Positions 1 through 7,317 of a stretch of DNA of 43,856 bases are shown here, piece by piece. The stretch's first letter is position 1; each line of letters opens with the position of its first letter. The stretch comes from a virus: IMG/VR virus record IMGVR_UViG_3300010375_000006, positions 1 to 43,856 of that record. One strand, given 5' to 3'. The notes under the pieces were generated by a model. The model was given only the letters and a program-made list of their open reading frames with translations. It was not told the origin of the DNA and did no database searches. The translations under genes and the position numbers were made by a program.

Positions 1-123
1 GGTAGATGAAAGACTGTCCGGCCCAATACATGGGGTTGACCCACATTTGAGCGCCCTTGAAGTTGACCTCGCGCCCTCCGTAGCCGCTCCGCCGGACGCT
101 ATCGTCGTGACATATCCCGGTTA
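1..123. repeat. Terminal direct repeat, copy 1 (identical to 43734..43856)
   Basis: Base-by-base reading: ggtagatgaaagactgtccggcccaatacatgggg...catatcccggtta occurs at both window ends. Confidence 0.95.
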
Positions 124-562
124 GCAGCATCACTTTATCACTGCGCTTCGTCTTACGCTGGCGGACGATCAGTTCAACCGGGCGCTCTTTCAACCGCGCG
201 TACATGATCTGATGACCGGCCGGGCCTGGGAAGCCATGTTCGGAAACGATCGCGTCATAATCCTGCCCGCAATCTTCCTTTGCCCTGATCTCGGTCAGCT
301 GCCATCCTTCACGGGCGCATGTTTCACGGACGAAGAAGCGCGTCCTTTCGACGCCGATTCCGGTATTGATGTGCAGGACTTCGCAGCCCGGCACGTTCTT
401 CATGCACCAAGCAGTGGCGCCGAGGCTGCCATCTCCGCCGGACAGCATCGCGAACACAGCCACCGGTTTATGCTCAAGTGCCCGCGCTACGATCTCGGCC
501 GGAGACGGTCTCTCGACCGCAAACATCTCGAATTGGACGCCGCAGAACTCTCGACTATCCAT
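1..562 (-). CDS. PP-loop ATPase / PAPS-reductase family protein, 5' part of a gene split by the window ends (full length about 281 aa with 43450..43733)
   Basis: Absent from the ORF track because it runs off the window. My translation: MDSREFCGVQFEMFAVERPSPAEIVARALEHKPVAVFAMLSGGDGSLGATAW...KGAQMWVNPMYWAGQSFIY. It carries the PP-loop motif SGGxxS. ATG 562..560 overlaps the upstream stop (TAATG). Confidence 0.8.
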   Translation of the reverse strand, partial: MDSREFCGVQFEMFAVERPSPAEIVARALEHKPVAVFAMLSGGDGSLGATAWCMKNVPGCEVLHINTGIGVERTRFFVRETCAREGWQLTEIRAKEDCGQDYDAIVSEHGFPGPAGHQIMYARLKERPVELIVRQRKTKRSDKVMLLTGICHDDSVRRSGYGGREVNFKGAQMWVNPMYWAGQSFIY

Positions 563-1191
563 TACCCTTCTTCCTGCGGCAGGAGGGAGAGGATTGCTCT
601 GGCTTTGGTGAGGGACGGCTCGACTTTTGCGTCTGCCATCGCCTGATAGTGGCGCGACATTGCCCGCCTAGTCCCTTCGGTTTTGTCCATGGCGTCGGCC
701 CAATCCAAAGACAGTTTCCAATAAAATTCCGCGCCTTTCCAAGCCTCCGGATCAATGATCCGCGCTATCGCCTCTTCCGCACCCTCAGATAGAGGGGTGG
801 GGGATTGCTTGGCGGTGAAGGTGGCCACGTCCACAATCCAGGCGTTGCCGAGACAACGTGGACATTGCATCGAACAAGCCGCCTCATCCAAGCCGTCCGC
901 CACTTCGCCTTCGCCCTCACAGACGGGGCACGGCATTACACAATGTTCCAGCTTCCCCTCCCCATCGCTAGCGGCGGGATGGCTGGCGAGAGCGGCGCGG
1001 GTGTTCCAGGCGACGATTGCTTTATTGGGCGCGTCACCATCCCGCCATTCGGCATCGGCAACAGGTTGAACCGGGCACTCATTTTCGTCCGGGCAAAAAA
1101 CCATCGCCGCACCGTAGCTGTTATCCTCGCATACCAGCGGCTGCTTTCCGCAAAATGGGCAAGGCAGCAGCGCCTCCTCTGCCCCGGTCAC
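562..1191 (-). CDS. Lar-like (restriction alleviation family) zinc-finger protein fused to a second CxxC..CxxC finger and a C-terminal domain
   Basis: LLPCPFCGKQP...FCPDENECPV...AIVAWNTRA resembles the Lar-family pattern. A second finger is CPVCEGEGE...CPRC. The GTG start at 1191 overlaps the upstream stop (GTGA). The longest ORF extends to 1296. Confidence 0.6.
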   Translation of the reverse strand: MTGAEEALLPCPFCGKQPLVCEDNSYGAAMVFCPDENECPVQPVADAEWRDGDAPNKAIVAWNTRAALASHPAASDGEGKLEHCVMPCPVCEGEGEVADGLDEAACSMQCPRCLGNAWIVDVATFTAKQSPTPLSEGAEEAIARIIDPEAWKGAEFYWKLSLDWADAMDKTEGTRRAMSRHYQAMADAKVEPSLTKARAILSLLPQEEG

Positions 1192-1700
1192 TGTCCCTGC
1201 TCCTGATTGTTCTCGGGCGTCTCCCCTTCGGGGCCGGGCTCTTGCCCTTCGGGTCGAACCTCCTGCGGAGTTTCGCCGCTTCGCGCGGCGATCCATGACG
1301 CGTGGTCAGCTCGCATTCTCGCATCGAAGGCGTTCCATTTGCGCTCCTCGACATCGCTTAAGTACGCTAAGCCGGCCTTGGTGATCGTGTATCCGGCGCC
1401 CATCTTGCCGTCTTCGGAGCAAAGAGACTGAGCGTATTCAAGCAAGCCCTTGCGAGCGAGAGCGCGGACAGAGCGACGGATTGCCGGTTTCGGCGTCTTG
1501 CAATTCTCGGCGACTAGGCGGAAGCCAAAGCCATACCCCTCCTCGCATTCATCCCAGGCGGTCAACGTTTCTTCTTCGGTGGCCGATAGCGTCACTGCGC
1601 TAGGGATGCTCACCGAACGGCCAAGACCCGTAGGGGCTTGGGGCGAAGCCTGAGCAGCCCGGTCGGCTTCAGCCGAAGCGCCCTGAATATCCCCGGTCAC
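1188..1700 (-). CDS. Hypothetical protein, possible winged-helix domain, acidic C-terminus
   Basis: 170-aa ORF. IRRSVRALARKGLLEY...GYTITKAGLAYL looks like a wHTH. Coupled to neighbours on both sides. Confidence 0.55.
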   Translation of the reverse strand: MTGDIQGASAEADRAAQASPQAPTGLGRSVSIPSAVTLSATEEETLTAWDECEEGYGFGFRLVAENCKTPKPAIRRSVRALARKGLLEYAQSLCSEDGKMGAGYTITKAGLAYLSDVEERKWNAFDARMRADHASWIAARSGETPQEVRPEGQEPGPEGETPENNQEQGQ

Positions 1701-1843
1701 AAGTGTGTCTCATCACCCGGAAGACCCGTACAGGTGCATCCAGGATCATCACAGGTGGGGGTGGAAGGGTCTTCTGAACCAACGAAGACGAACAGCGCCA
1801 TGAGGCCGCCAATGGCCGCCACGCCGATGAGGATGGGGATCAT
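1697..1843 (-). CDS. Small membrane protein (48 aa)
   Basis: MIPILIGVAAIGGLMALFVFVG forms a TM segment. ATG 1843 overlaps the upstream stop (ATGA). Confidence 0.5.
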   Translation of the reverse strand: MIPILIGVAAIGGLMALFVFVGSEDPSTPTCDDPGCTCTGLPGDETHL

Positions 1844-2283
1844 GCTGCTTCTCCGTTGCGTCGCCGGGATTCGTTGATCAGGTCCGCGATCGGCACCTGA
1901 AGCCAATGTGAGAGGATGTTGGCGCAGCGGTCTGTCCACCGCGCCCGCTCTGGTTCGGTCATCGCGCGATTGCTCGTTGACTGAGGCTTGAACACCTTGT
2001 GGCCGGACGGCGTGATGAACGTGTCGCCAAGTTCAAGGCGGCGCTTCAACTCGTTGTGCAGCGTCTCCTGATCCCATGCGAAGCCGGTCTGATCGGTCAA
2101 GGCCTCGGCAGCCACGTCGAGCATAATCCAGTAGAAGCCGCGCCGCCGCTCGTTCGCGCCAGATCTCTTGATCTCGATCCGGCATTCACCGGAGAGCGTC
2201 TTGATGGCTTCCCGGGCCGCGCTGTTTACCGGATGCAGGGCGCCGAAGCGCTGCACGCAGATCAGGGGTGGCTTGTCAGCCAT
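1840..2283 (-). CDS. Phage protein, DUF1367-like (tentative)
   Basis: 147 aa. KRSGANERRRGFYWIMLDVAAE...STSNRAMTEPERARW resembles the DUF1367 pattern as I remember it. Confidence 0.5.
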   Translation of the reverse strand: MADKPPLICVQRFGALHPVNSAAREAIKTLSGECRIEIKRSGANERRRGFYWIMLDVAAEALTDQTGFAWDQETLHNELKRRLELGDTFITPSGHKVFKPQSTSNRAMTEPERARWTDRCANILSHWLQVPIADLINESRRRNGEAA

Positions 2284-2629
2284 TTGCTCGCTCCCTCATT
2301 TCCTGTTCGATCTGGGCTCGGCGGGGGCTGGCGGCGATGAACTCGCGGATCAGCTTTTCCGGGTCGAGTTTGGCTTCATCACGCCAGAATGTTTCTTCTC
2401 CGACCTGATGCTGGTAGCCGTGATGGAATTGGCACAGGCTTACCGCCCGCCAATCGTCTGGCTTCTGGCCGATGCCTGCGCCGCTCCCGAGCCGCACATG
2501 CGCGAACTGAATCGGCCGTCCGGTGCAGCCCGGGACGCAGCATTCGTGCGATCGAACGAACGCGGCATGCGCCTGCGACCGCCACCGGGTGGCGCGCTTC
2601 GCGGGTTTAGTGATGCGCCTCGGAAGCAT
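2276..2629 (-). CDS. DUF968-like zinc/HNH-type protein
   Basis: WRSQAHAAFVRSHECCVPGC...FAHVR...GQKPDDWRAVSLCQFHH. ATG 2629 overlaps the upstream micro-ORF stop (TGATG). Confidence 0.6.
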   Translation of the reverse strand: MLPRRITKPAKRATRWRSQAHAAFVRSHECCVPGCTGRPIQFAHVRLGSGAGIGQKPDDWRAVSLCQFHHGYQHQVGEETFWRDEAKLDPEKLIREFIAASPRRAQIEQEMRERANG

Positions 2630-2763
2630 CAGGCTTTCCTTGTCTGCAACTTGCGGCACTTAAGGCACCGCCGCGTCTGGAAGCTTGTTGCTTCATGAGC
2701 GCCAAGCGGGACAAACAGCGTCAGTCCGGCGGACCACGGGCTCCATTTGTGGAAAATGTGCAT
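2629..2763 (-). CDS. Micro-ORF, 44 aa, CxxC protein (not in track)
   Basis: My translation: MHIFHKWSPWSAGLTLFVPLGAHEATSFQTRRCLKCRKLQTRKA. Its start overlaps the upstream stop (ATGA) and its stop overlaps the next start. Confidence 0.45.
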   Translation of the reverse strand: MHIFHKWSPWSAGLTLFVPLGAHEATSFQTRRCLKCRKLQTRKA

Positions 2764-2972
2764 CACCGGCAGTCCCGGTTCGCAGCATGCCGCTGCCGTG
2801 CGCGCTCAAGGCACTTCTGCCGGTACGCCTCATCATGACGGTAACGCTCGCGCTGGCGGGCGCTCTGTTCGAGCCTGCGCGCCTTCTGCTGGCTTAGTAC
2901 GCGCTCCCTATATTCCGGGTCAGAGCGATAACGCTCGCGGCGATACCTGTTGCTGAGGGCTTCGTCGGTCAT
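2763..2972 (-). CDS. Small basic Arg/Tyr-repeat protein
   Basis: 69 aa with repeated RYR/ERYR motifs. ATGA overlap with the exonuclease stop. Confidence 0.5.
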   Translation of the reverse strand: MTDEALSNRYRRERYRSDPEYRERVLSQQKARRLEQSARQRERYRHDEAYRQKCLERARQRHAANRDCR

Positions 2973-3631
2973 CAGCCGGCCCGCACCAAATCCACCAGCG
3001 CTTCGGCGGCATCATTCGCGGGATCGTAGCGGCGGCGAAGCATGGTGACCTTGCGCACAACGTCCGCAAGAAAGGTCATCACCTCATATTCGAGCTTCGT
3101 GATGGCCTCCACGTCACGCTCTATGCGCTGGACGAACAGGCGCATCGACGCAGGCATTCGCGGATCGTACGAGACGTAATCGCACCACTGACGGCCAGTG
3201 CATGCCATTTGCCAGAGCATTTGGGTCCGATACTTCTCGGGGACAGCGCCGGTTTGCAGGGTGGCGATGTGCGTGGCCAGCGTCGGGCATTTTATCTCGA
3301 CCAATCCATCGTCGCTGACCAGCCCATCTGGCGAAGCCCCGGCTTCTGGAATGCCCGGATGAAACACGAATGCGCATTCCTCCACGTCCACATCATGCCG
3401 GAAGGCGTAGGCGGCGCGCGCCGCGGCCTCGTGCTCAGTGCCCCACTGCATCGCGGCGTTGGTGAAGCCCTGCTCAACGGTTCCGGTCAGCCTTTCGGCG
3501 ATCAACTGCGCTTCGTATTGAGCGCGCGATGCCGAAGGGCCGCTCTTGGTGCGCGCGATGATATCGGCGACACGCGATGCAGTGACTTTGCCGCAGCGCA
3601 CCGCAAACCATTCTGGCGATCCCTGGATCAC
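2972..3631 (-). CDS. YqaJ / lambda-exonuclease family recombination exonuclease
   Basis: MIQGSPEWFAVRCGKVTASR...GASPDGLV...VEIKCP are hallmark YqaJ motifs. It sits downstream of the annealase. Confidence 0.9.
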   Translation of the reverse strand: MIQGSPEWFAVRCGKVTASRVADIIARTKSGPSASRAQYEAQLIAERLTGTVEQGFTNAAMQWGTEHEAAARAAYAFRHDVDVEECAFVFHPGIPEAGASPDGLVSDDGLVEIKCPTLATHIATLQTGAVPEKYRTQMLWQMACTGRQWCDYVSYDPRMPASMRLFVQRIERDVEAITKLEYEVMTFLADVVRKVTMLRRRYDPANDAAEALVDLVRAG

Positions 3632-4410
3632 TTGGCACCGCCTTGTGCCGCAGCCGCCTTGGCTTGGCGTTCCGCTATCGTCGCATTGATGGATTCGATT
3701 GCGGTGCGATAATCCTTAGCGAGCAAAGCCGGGACATTGGGCACCCCCATGTAAGCGCAGAACTTGGCGGTATTAAGATTGTTCTCGCCCATCATGTCGT
3801 TGATGGTCTGGATCTGACGCTCTGTGATGTACTCGGCATTGTCGTTGCCGTCGCTGTCGTCATCGCCGACCGCGACGTTGAAAATGCCCTTGAGCAGGTA
3901 GCGCGACCCATAAGAGCCAGCCGCTCCGGCAGCGTGCGTCTTGGTCATCACGTCGCCGCCCTTGGCGCCCTTGCCATCGGCCGGCATGTCGCGATGGTAG
4001 GTGCGCGTGAAACCGCCGACATGCGAGACGTAGCAGAGCACTCGGATATGCTCCGGCTTCGGGCTCTCGCCTTCATCAAAGCTTAGCGCGAAGCCGTTCT
4101 TGGTGTATATCGGGCGAAGGGCGCGATCCAGTTGGGCATAGCTCGCGTAGTTGCTCTTGGTCTGGGGGTTGCTCGCATCCGCCGACACAGGGCGCATTTC
4201 CGCCTGTGCAGCCGTCATGGCGGAGTTGAACGCCTCTTCAGCGTTGCGCTGATAGACGCGCTCCTGCATCGCCAAGAGGCGTTCCATCTTGTCTATATCG
4301 ACAGACGGGTCACGCGCCGCACGCTCGATTACGGCAAGCAATCCAGCGGAATAATCCTGCACCTCGGCGAGCGGCGTTTCGACCCGCTGCGCTATGGCTT
4401 TGTCACTCAC
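3628..4410 (-). CDS. erf: ERF-family single-strand annealing protein
   Basis: NYASYAQLDRALRPIYTKNGFAL...AAGAAGSYGSRYLLKGIFNVAVGDDDSDGN parallels P22 Erf (YKYRSCEDIL..., GATSSYARKYCLNGLFGIDD). GTG 4410 has AAGGA 7 nt upstream. The longest ORF extends to 4497. Confidence 0.85.
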   Translation of the reverse strand: MSDKAIAQRVETPLAEVQDYSAGLLAVIERAARDPSVDIDKMERLLAMQERVYQRNAEEAFNSAMTAAQAEMRPVSADASNPQTKSNYASYAQLDRALRPIYTKNGFALSFDEGESPKPEHIRVLCYVSHVGGFTRTYHRDMPADGKGAKGGDVMTKTHAAGAAGSYGSRYLLKGIFNVAVGDDDSDGNDNAEYITERQIQTINDMMGENNLNTAKFCAYMGVPNVPALLAKDYRTAIESINATIAERQAKAAAAQGGAK

Positions 4411-4990
4411 GATCAGATCCTTTCTGCCCGCGAAATTCCGGTCTTTTCGCGGGCATTGGCCGGGCCGAAGGGCTTGTGTGCGGCGGGGCTGCTGCACTCA
4501 CGGCGGCGATCCTTTTTGCCTTACAGCGATGAAAGGCGTCTCGGCGGCAGGCTCGACAGTCGCGGCCACGGTACCCCCTATCGGTACGCCAATGAGTGTT
4601 AGCCTCGTCGTATGGGTGGCCATGCTTGCAGACCTGAATAGATTGCCGCGTTCCTCGTCCCCGCAGGGCCATATCGCGCATATTTTCAGCAGTCGTTCCG
4701 GGTCTCAGGTGGGCCGGATTGACGCACGGCGGGTTGTCGCACGAATGTAGGATAAACTTAGAACCGATTGATTCGTCTGGATTGGAAATTACCCAAGCTA
4801 GACGATGTGCTAGCGCGTATGTCGCAGAGCCATCTGCTGCACGATGCGAGAACACTCCGTACCCACGGAAGTTTTTTGTGCCAGTGAAGACCCAGCATTC
4901 ATCTTCTGATCGGCAATCTACCAGACTCCAAAATCGTACTTTGCTGGTGTCCGTGATGGCGAGATTAGCCAAGTTGATACGGCGCGCCAT
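4403..4990 (-). CDS. HNH homing-type endonuclease (HNH_3-like)
   Basis: GYGVFS...ALAHRLAWVI...ILHSCDNPPCVNPAHLRPGTTAENMRD. ATG 4990 is preceded by GAGGTGG. The 5' half (about 4740..4990) is visibly AT-richer than its surroundings. Confidence 0.85.
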   Translation of the reverse strand: MARRINLANLAITDTSKVRFWSLVDCRSEDECWVFTGTKNFRGYGVFSHRAADGSATYALAHRLAWVISNPDESIGSKFILHSCDNPPCVNPAHLRPGTTAENMRDMALRGRGTRQSIQVCKHGHPYDEANTHWRTDRGYRGRDCRACRRDAFHRCKAKRIAAVSAAAPPHTSPSARPMPAKRPEFRGQKGSDRE

Positions 4991-5118
4991 TACAGCCACC
5001 TCATCCAAACAGCTACGCTCACCGGGAGCAGCCCAAGGACGATCGCGATCGATAACCGCCTAGCCGTCCTATCCAGGAAAGGGACGATGGGGAGGACATC
5101 CATCGGTATGATGGGCAT
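4990..5118 (-). CDS. Possible 42-aa hydrophobic micro-ORF (weak)
   Basis: My translation: MPIIPMDVLPIVPFLDRTARRLSIAIVLGLLPVSVAVWMRWL. Its stop overlaps the HNH start (TAATG), but there is no clear RBS. Confidence 0.25.
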   Translation of the reverse strand: MPIIPMDVLPIVPFLDRTARRLSIAIVLGLLPVSVAVWMRWL

Positions 5119-5162
5119 AGGAGAGCGGGGCTTGGCGTCCTGCCAATCGTATCCGGGGCGGG

Positions 5163-5717
5163 TCATGCCAGTTCCTTCCGAAGTTGAGCGCGCAACTCGA
5201 TCTTCGCGACCAAGGGCTTATCGCCGGCGAGGTTGTTGCAAACCCGGTGAGCAAGGGCGTAATTGTCCAGTCGATTGCCGCCGCCTCTCGACTTCGGAAC
5301 AAGGTGTTCCAAGGTCGCATCGTCACCCATCGACTTCCCGCAAAACCAGCACTCGTCTCCATCGCGGGCGAGGAGCTTCCGGCGCACCTTGTCGCCGTGG
5401 CTTTCGGCTTTCGGGTCCTTGCCCGGCCGAGGGTTCACGGGCTCTGTCGCGCTCGCCGCCTGGGGCGACATTACATCACCACGCAGGAACGCCGCGTAAT
5501 GCTCGGCACTGCCGCTTGTGAACGTCAGCAGGCCATTTTCCTTGGCGTAGACAACATGGGTTGCAGCCCGCTTGCTGCCGCACCAAAAGGCGCGATAGCG
5601 GATCACCTCATAGGGGTTCGTCGGGGTCCCGATCTCCGCGCCGTTCCTCGCCAGCCATGCAGCGAAATTGCCGACCATGAATTGCGCGCGGCGGATTGGC
5701 ATTGGATGCTTAGCCAT
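5163..5717 (-). CDS. HNH endonuclease (C-terminal HNH motif)
   Basis: CWFCGKSMGDDATLEHLVPKSRGGGNRLDNYALAHRVCN. ATG 5717 has GGAG 8 nt upstream. The longest ORF extends to 5846. Confidence 0.85.
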   Translation of the reverse strand: MAKHPMPIRRAQFMVGNFAAWLARNGAEIGTPTNPYEVIRYRAFWCGSKRAATHVVYAKENGLLTFTSGSAEHYAAFLRGDVMSPQAASATEPVNPRPGKDPKAESHGDKVRRKLLARDGDECWFCGKSMGDDATLEHLVPKSRGGGNRLDNYALAHRVCNNLAGDKPLVAKIELRAQLRKELA

Positions 5718-5880
5718 TACCGCTCTCCAGCCGCGCATCACGCACGGCCCTGTTGGCTTCCCAGCGCTGTTCAAGTTGCCGGTCTGTGGTGTCCTCACGC
5801 ATCTGGCGGAGGGTTTCGGCTGCGACCGAAAGGTCCTGCGCGGCATCCAGCGCGGACATGGGGATTGGGTGCGGGGTCAT
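5710..5880 (-). CDS. Micro-ORF, 56 aa (not in track)
   Basis: My translation: MTPHPIPMSALDAAQDLSVAAETLRQMREDTTDRQLEQRWEANRAVRDARLESGNG. ATGA overlap upstream and an 8-nt overlap downstream. Confidence 0.5.
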   Translation of the reverse strand: MTPHPIPMSALDAAQDLSVAAETLRQMREDTTDRQLEQRWEANRAVRDARLESGNG

Positions 5881-6053
5881 GAATTGGCCTCGACAGCTTT
5901 TAAGGAGCCGCCGATCAGTTCTATTTCGAAGCCACTGTTGATCGGAAAAATGTCCTCTGCGGCTTCAAAAGCCTGATCGGCAAGGTTATACTTGCCGTCG
6001 TCTTCGAACTCGACGGTTGCAGTGATTTTGAAGTCAGCCGTATACCGGGTCAT
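5877..6053 (-). CDS. Hypothetical 58-aa protein
   Basis: MTRYTADFKITATVEFEDDGKYNLADQ... The ATG overlaps the upstream stop (TGATG). Confidence 0.55.
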   Translation of the reverse strand: MTRYTADFKITATVEFEDDGKYNLADQAFEAAEDIFPINSGFEIELIGGSLKAVEANS

Positions 6054-6181
6054 CAAATCTGCTCCTCGGCCCAACAGTCGTCACACATGCGCTTGCCCTT
6101 GTCCTTCGCGCGGACGCACTCAGGACATGGGGTGATCCAGCGGGACCATGCGCGGCGGATGGCGGAGAGAAGGCGGCTCAT
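6053..6181 (-). CDS. Micro-ORF, 42 aa, zinc-ribbon-like (not in track)
   Basis: My translation: MSRLLSAIRRAWSRWITPCPECVRAKDKGKRMCDDCWAEEQI (CPEC...CDDC). ATGA overlap with the upstream stop. Confidence 0.5.
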   Translation of the reverse strand: MSRLLSAIRRAWSRWITPCPECVRAKDKGKRMCDDCWAEEQI

Positions 6182-6441
6182 GCCCCGAACCTCCGCGCAT
6201 CAGGCATCATCCGCCCATGTGCGTTCCAATATTCCCCGAATGCGTGCGCCCGCTCCTCGCTGACGTGCAGGCTCTCCATACCTTCAGCAAAGGTCCAGTC
6301 GTTGCCCTCGCCATAGCGACGGACGGACCAATCCAGACCCCGCCGTGCCGACCAATCGGGCTGCGGCTGGTAGGTTACTCTGTAGGAGCGCTGCGCTACC
6401 TGGGTGGGGGTAGCTGGCTTGAGGACTGGTTGGTGGAGCAT
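6178..6441 (-). CDS. Hypothetical 87-aa protein
   Basis: ORF coupled to the pentapeptide gene stop. No recognisable motif. Confidence 0.55.
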   Translation of the reverse strand: MLHQPVLKPATPTQVAQRSYRVTYQPQPDWSARRGLDWSVRRYGEGNDWTFAEGMESLHVSEERAHAFGEYWNAHGRMMPDARRFGA

Positions 6442-7136
6442 TATGCCTGCACCTTGCTGGCTTCGAGTTCGGCCAGCCGCTTCATGTCGGCCAGAGCCTC
6501 CTCGTTCGAGCAGTAGAAGCTTGGGAAGCGGTCAAGTGTGGGATCGCTGGCGAGGTAGATCAGGCTCGCCGCCGCAGCGGTGCCCATCCTCTCCTCAAGC
6601 TTCTTGCCCTCTTCGCCCGCGAGGGTCGTTACCCATCCGGCGCGGCAGTGCGTGGTATCGCATGTGTGCCAGTCGCCCATATTGAGCGCGTTGGGCGTGG
6701 CGGTCGCGGCGGCGTAGACCTTCTGGTGGATGTTTTCGATGACTGGGGCATCGCTCAGGACGGCATCGCTCAGGACGGCACCGCGCAGGACGGCACCGCG
6801 CAGGACGGCACCGCTCAGGACGGCATCGCTCAGGACGGCATCGCTCAGGTCGGCATCGCTCAGGACGGCATCGCTCAGGACGGCACCGCGCAGGACGGCA
6901 TCGCTCAGGACGGCACCGCTCAGGTCGGCACCGCGCAGGTCGGCATCGCGCAGGTCGGCACCGCTCAGGACGGCACCGCGCAGGACGGCATCGTTTCGCC
7001 TCGCCCACCGCACCGCCAAGCCGAGCTTCATGCCGATAGAGGCATCCGGGGCGCAGGTGATCTCGGCCGTGAACTGGACGCGGTTGGTCCAGCGGTTACG
7101 GATCTCAAACTTCTCTGTGGTGGGCGCAGTCGCCAT
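6441..7136 (-). CDS. Pentapeptide-repeat protein (16 perfect A-[VD]-L-[SR]-[GD] units) with a Cys/His-containing C-terminal domain
   Basis: [20 protein letters not shown]... GGAGGG RBS upstream of ATG 7136. It is the first gene downstream of the predicted leftward early promoter. Confidence 0.9.
   Translation of the reverse strand: MATAPTTEKFEIRNRWTNRVQFTAEITCAPDASIGMKLGLAVRWARRNDAVLRGAVLSGADLRDADLRGADLSGAVLSDAVLRGAVLSDAVLSDADLSDAVLSDAVLSGAVLRGAVLRGAVLSDAVLSDAPVIENIHQKVYAAATATPNALNMGDWHTCDTTHCRAGWVTTLAGEEGKKLEERMGTAAAASLIYLASDPTLDRFPSFYCSNEEALADMKRLAELEASKVQA
6746..6985. repeat. Tandem repeat, 16 x 15 bp (cggcaYcgcKcaggW)
   Basis: Read unit by unit. Only three biallelic positions vary per unit. 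All six frames stay open across it. Confidence 0.95.
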
Positions 7137-7169
7137 CGTAGAACCCTCCGCCGTGATTGGCTTGGGAGG

Positions 7170-7198
7170 GTTATGTGTGAGATTTCACACGGCGTCAA
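7170..7198 (-). promoter_or_regulatory. Predicted leftward early promoter (PL analogue) with the operator in its spacer
   Basis: Minus strand reads TTGACG-17 nt-CATAAC. The spacer contains GTGTGAAATCTCACAC (7175..7190), the same 16-mer as at 8263..8278. Confidence 0.55.
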
Positions 7199-7204
7199 TA
7201 GCCA

Positions 7205-7221
7205 GTGTGGGATTTTTCACA
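7205..7221. promoter_or_regulatory. Degenerate auxiliary operator-like inverted repeat
   Basis: GTGTGGGATTTTTCACA, followed by an A/T-rich tract upstream of the PL -35. Confidence 0.3.
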
Positions 7222-7294
7222 TTTTATTTTTTAGGCATGCGTTGTGGCCGCCAAGAACGGCTTATCTGAGCTCCAATATTTGCTAAGATGTCAC

Positions 7295-7310
7295 GCCCCA
7301 TCCCTGGGGC
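7295..7310 (-). terminator. Candidate hairpin terminator after the repressor operon
   Basis: GCCCCA-tccc-TGGGGC, 8 nt past the stop at 7318. The downstream U-tract is weak. Confidence 0.3.
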
Positions 7311-7317
7311 TATAGGG

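Noticed and set aside
6746-6985. A CRISPR-like array, because of the regular short repeats.
   Set aside because: The units are contiguous with no spacers, are 15 bp long, and lie in frame within a coding sequence.
6595-7286. Track ORFs 6595..7008(-), 6648..7286(+) and 6730..7269(+), with repetitive translations (RCRPERCRP..., [11 protein letters not shown]..., [10 protein letters not shown]...).
   Set aside because: They are alternative frames through the 15-bp tandem repeat, which keeps all six frames open. Only the 6441..7136(-) frame gives a pentapeptide-repeat protein with an RBS and coupling to neighbours.
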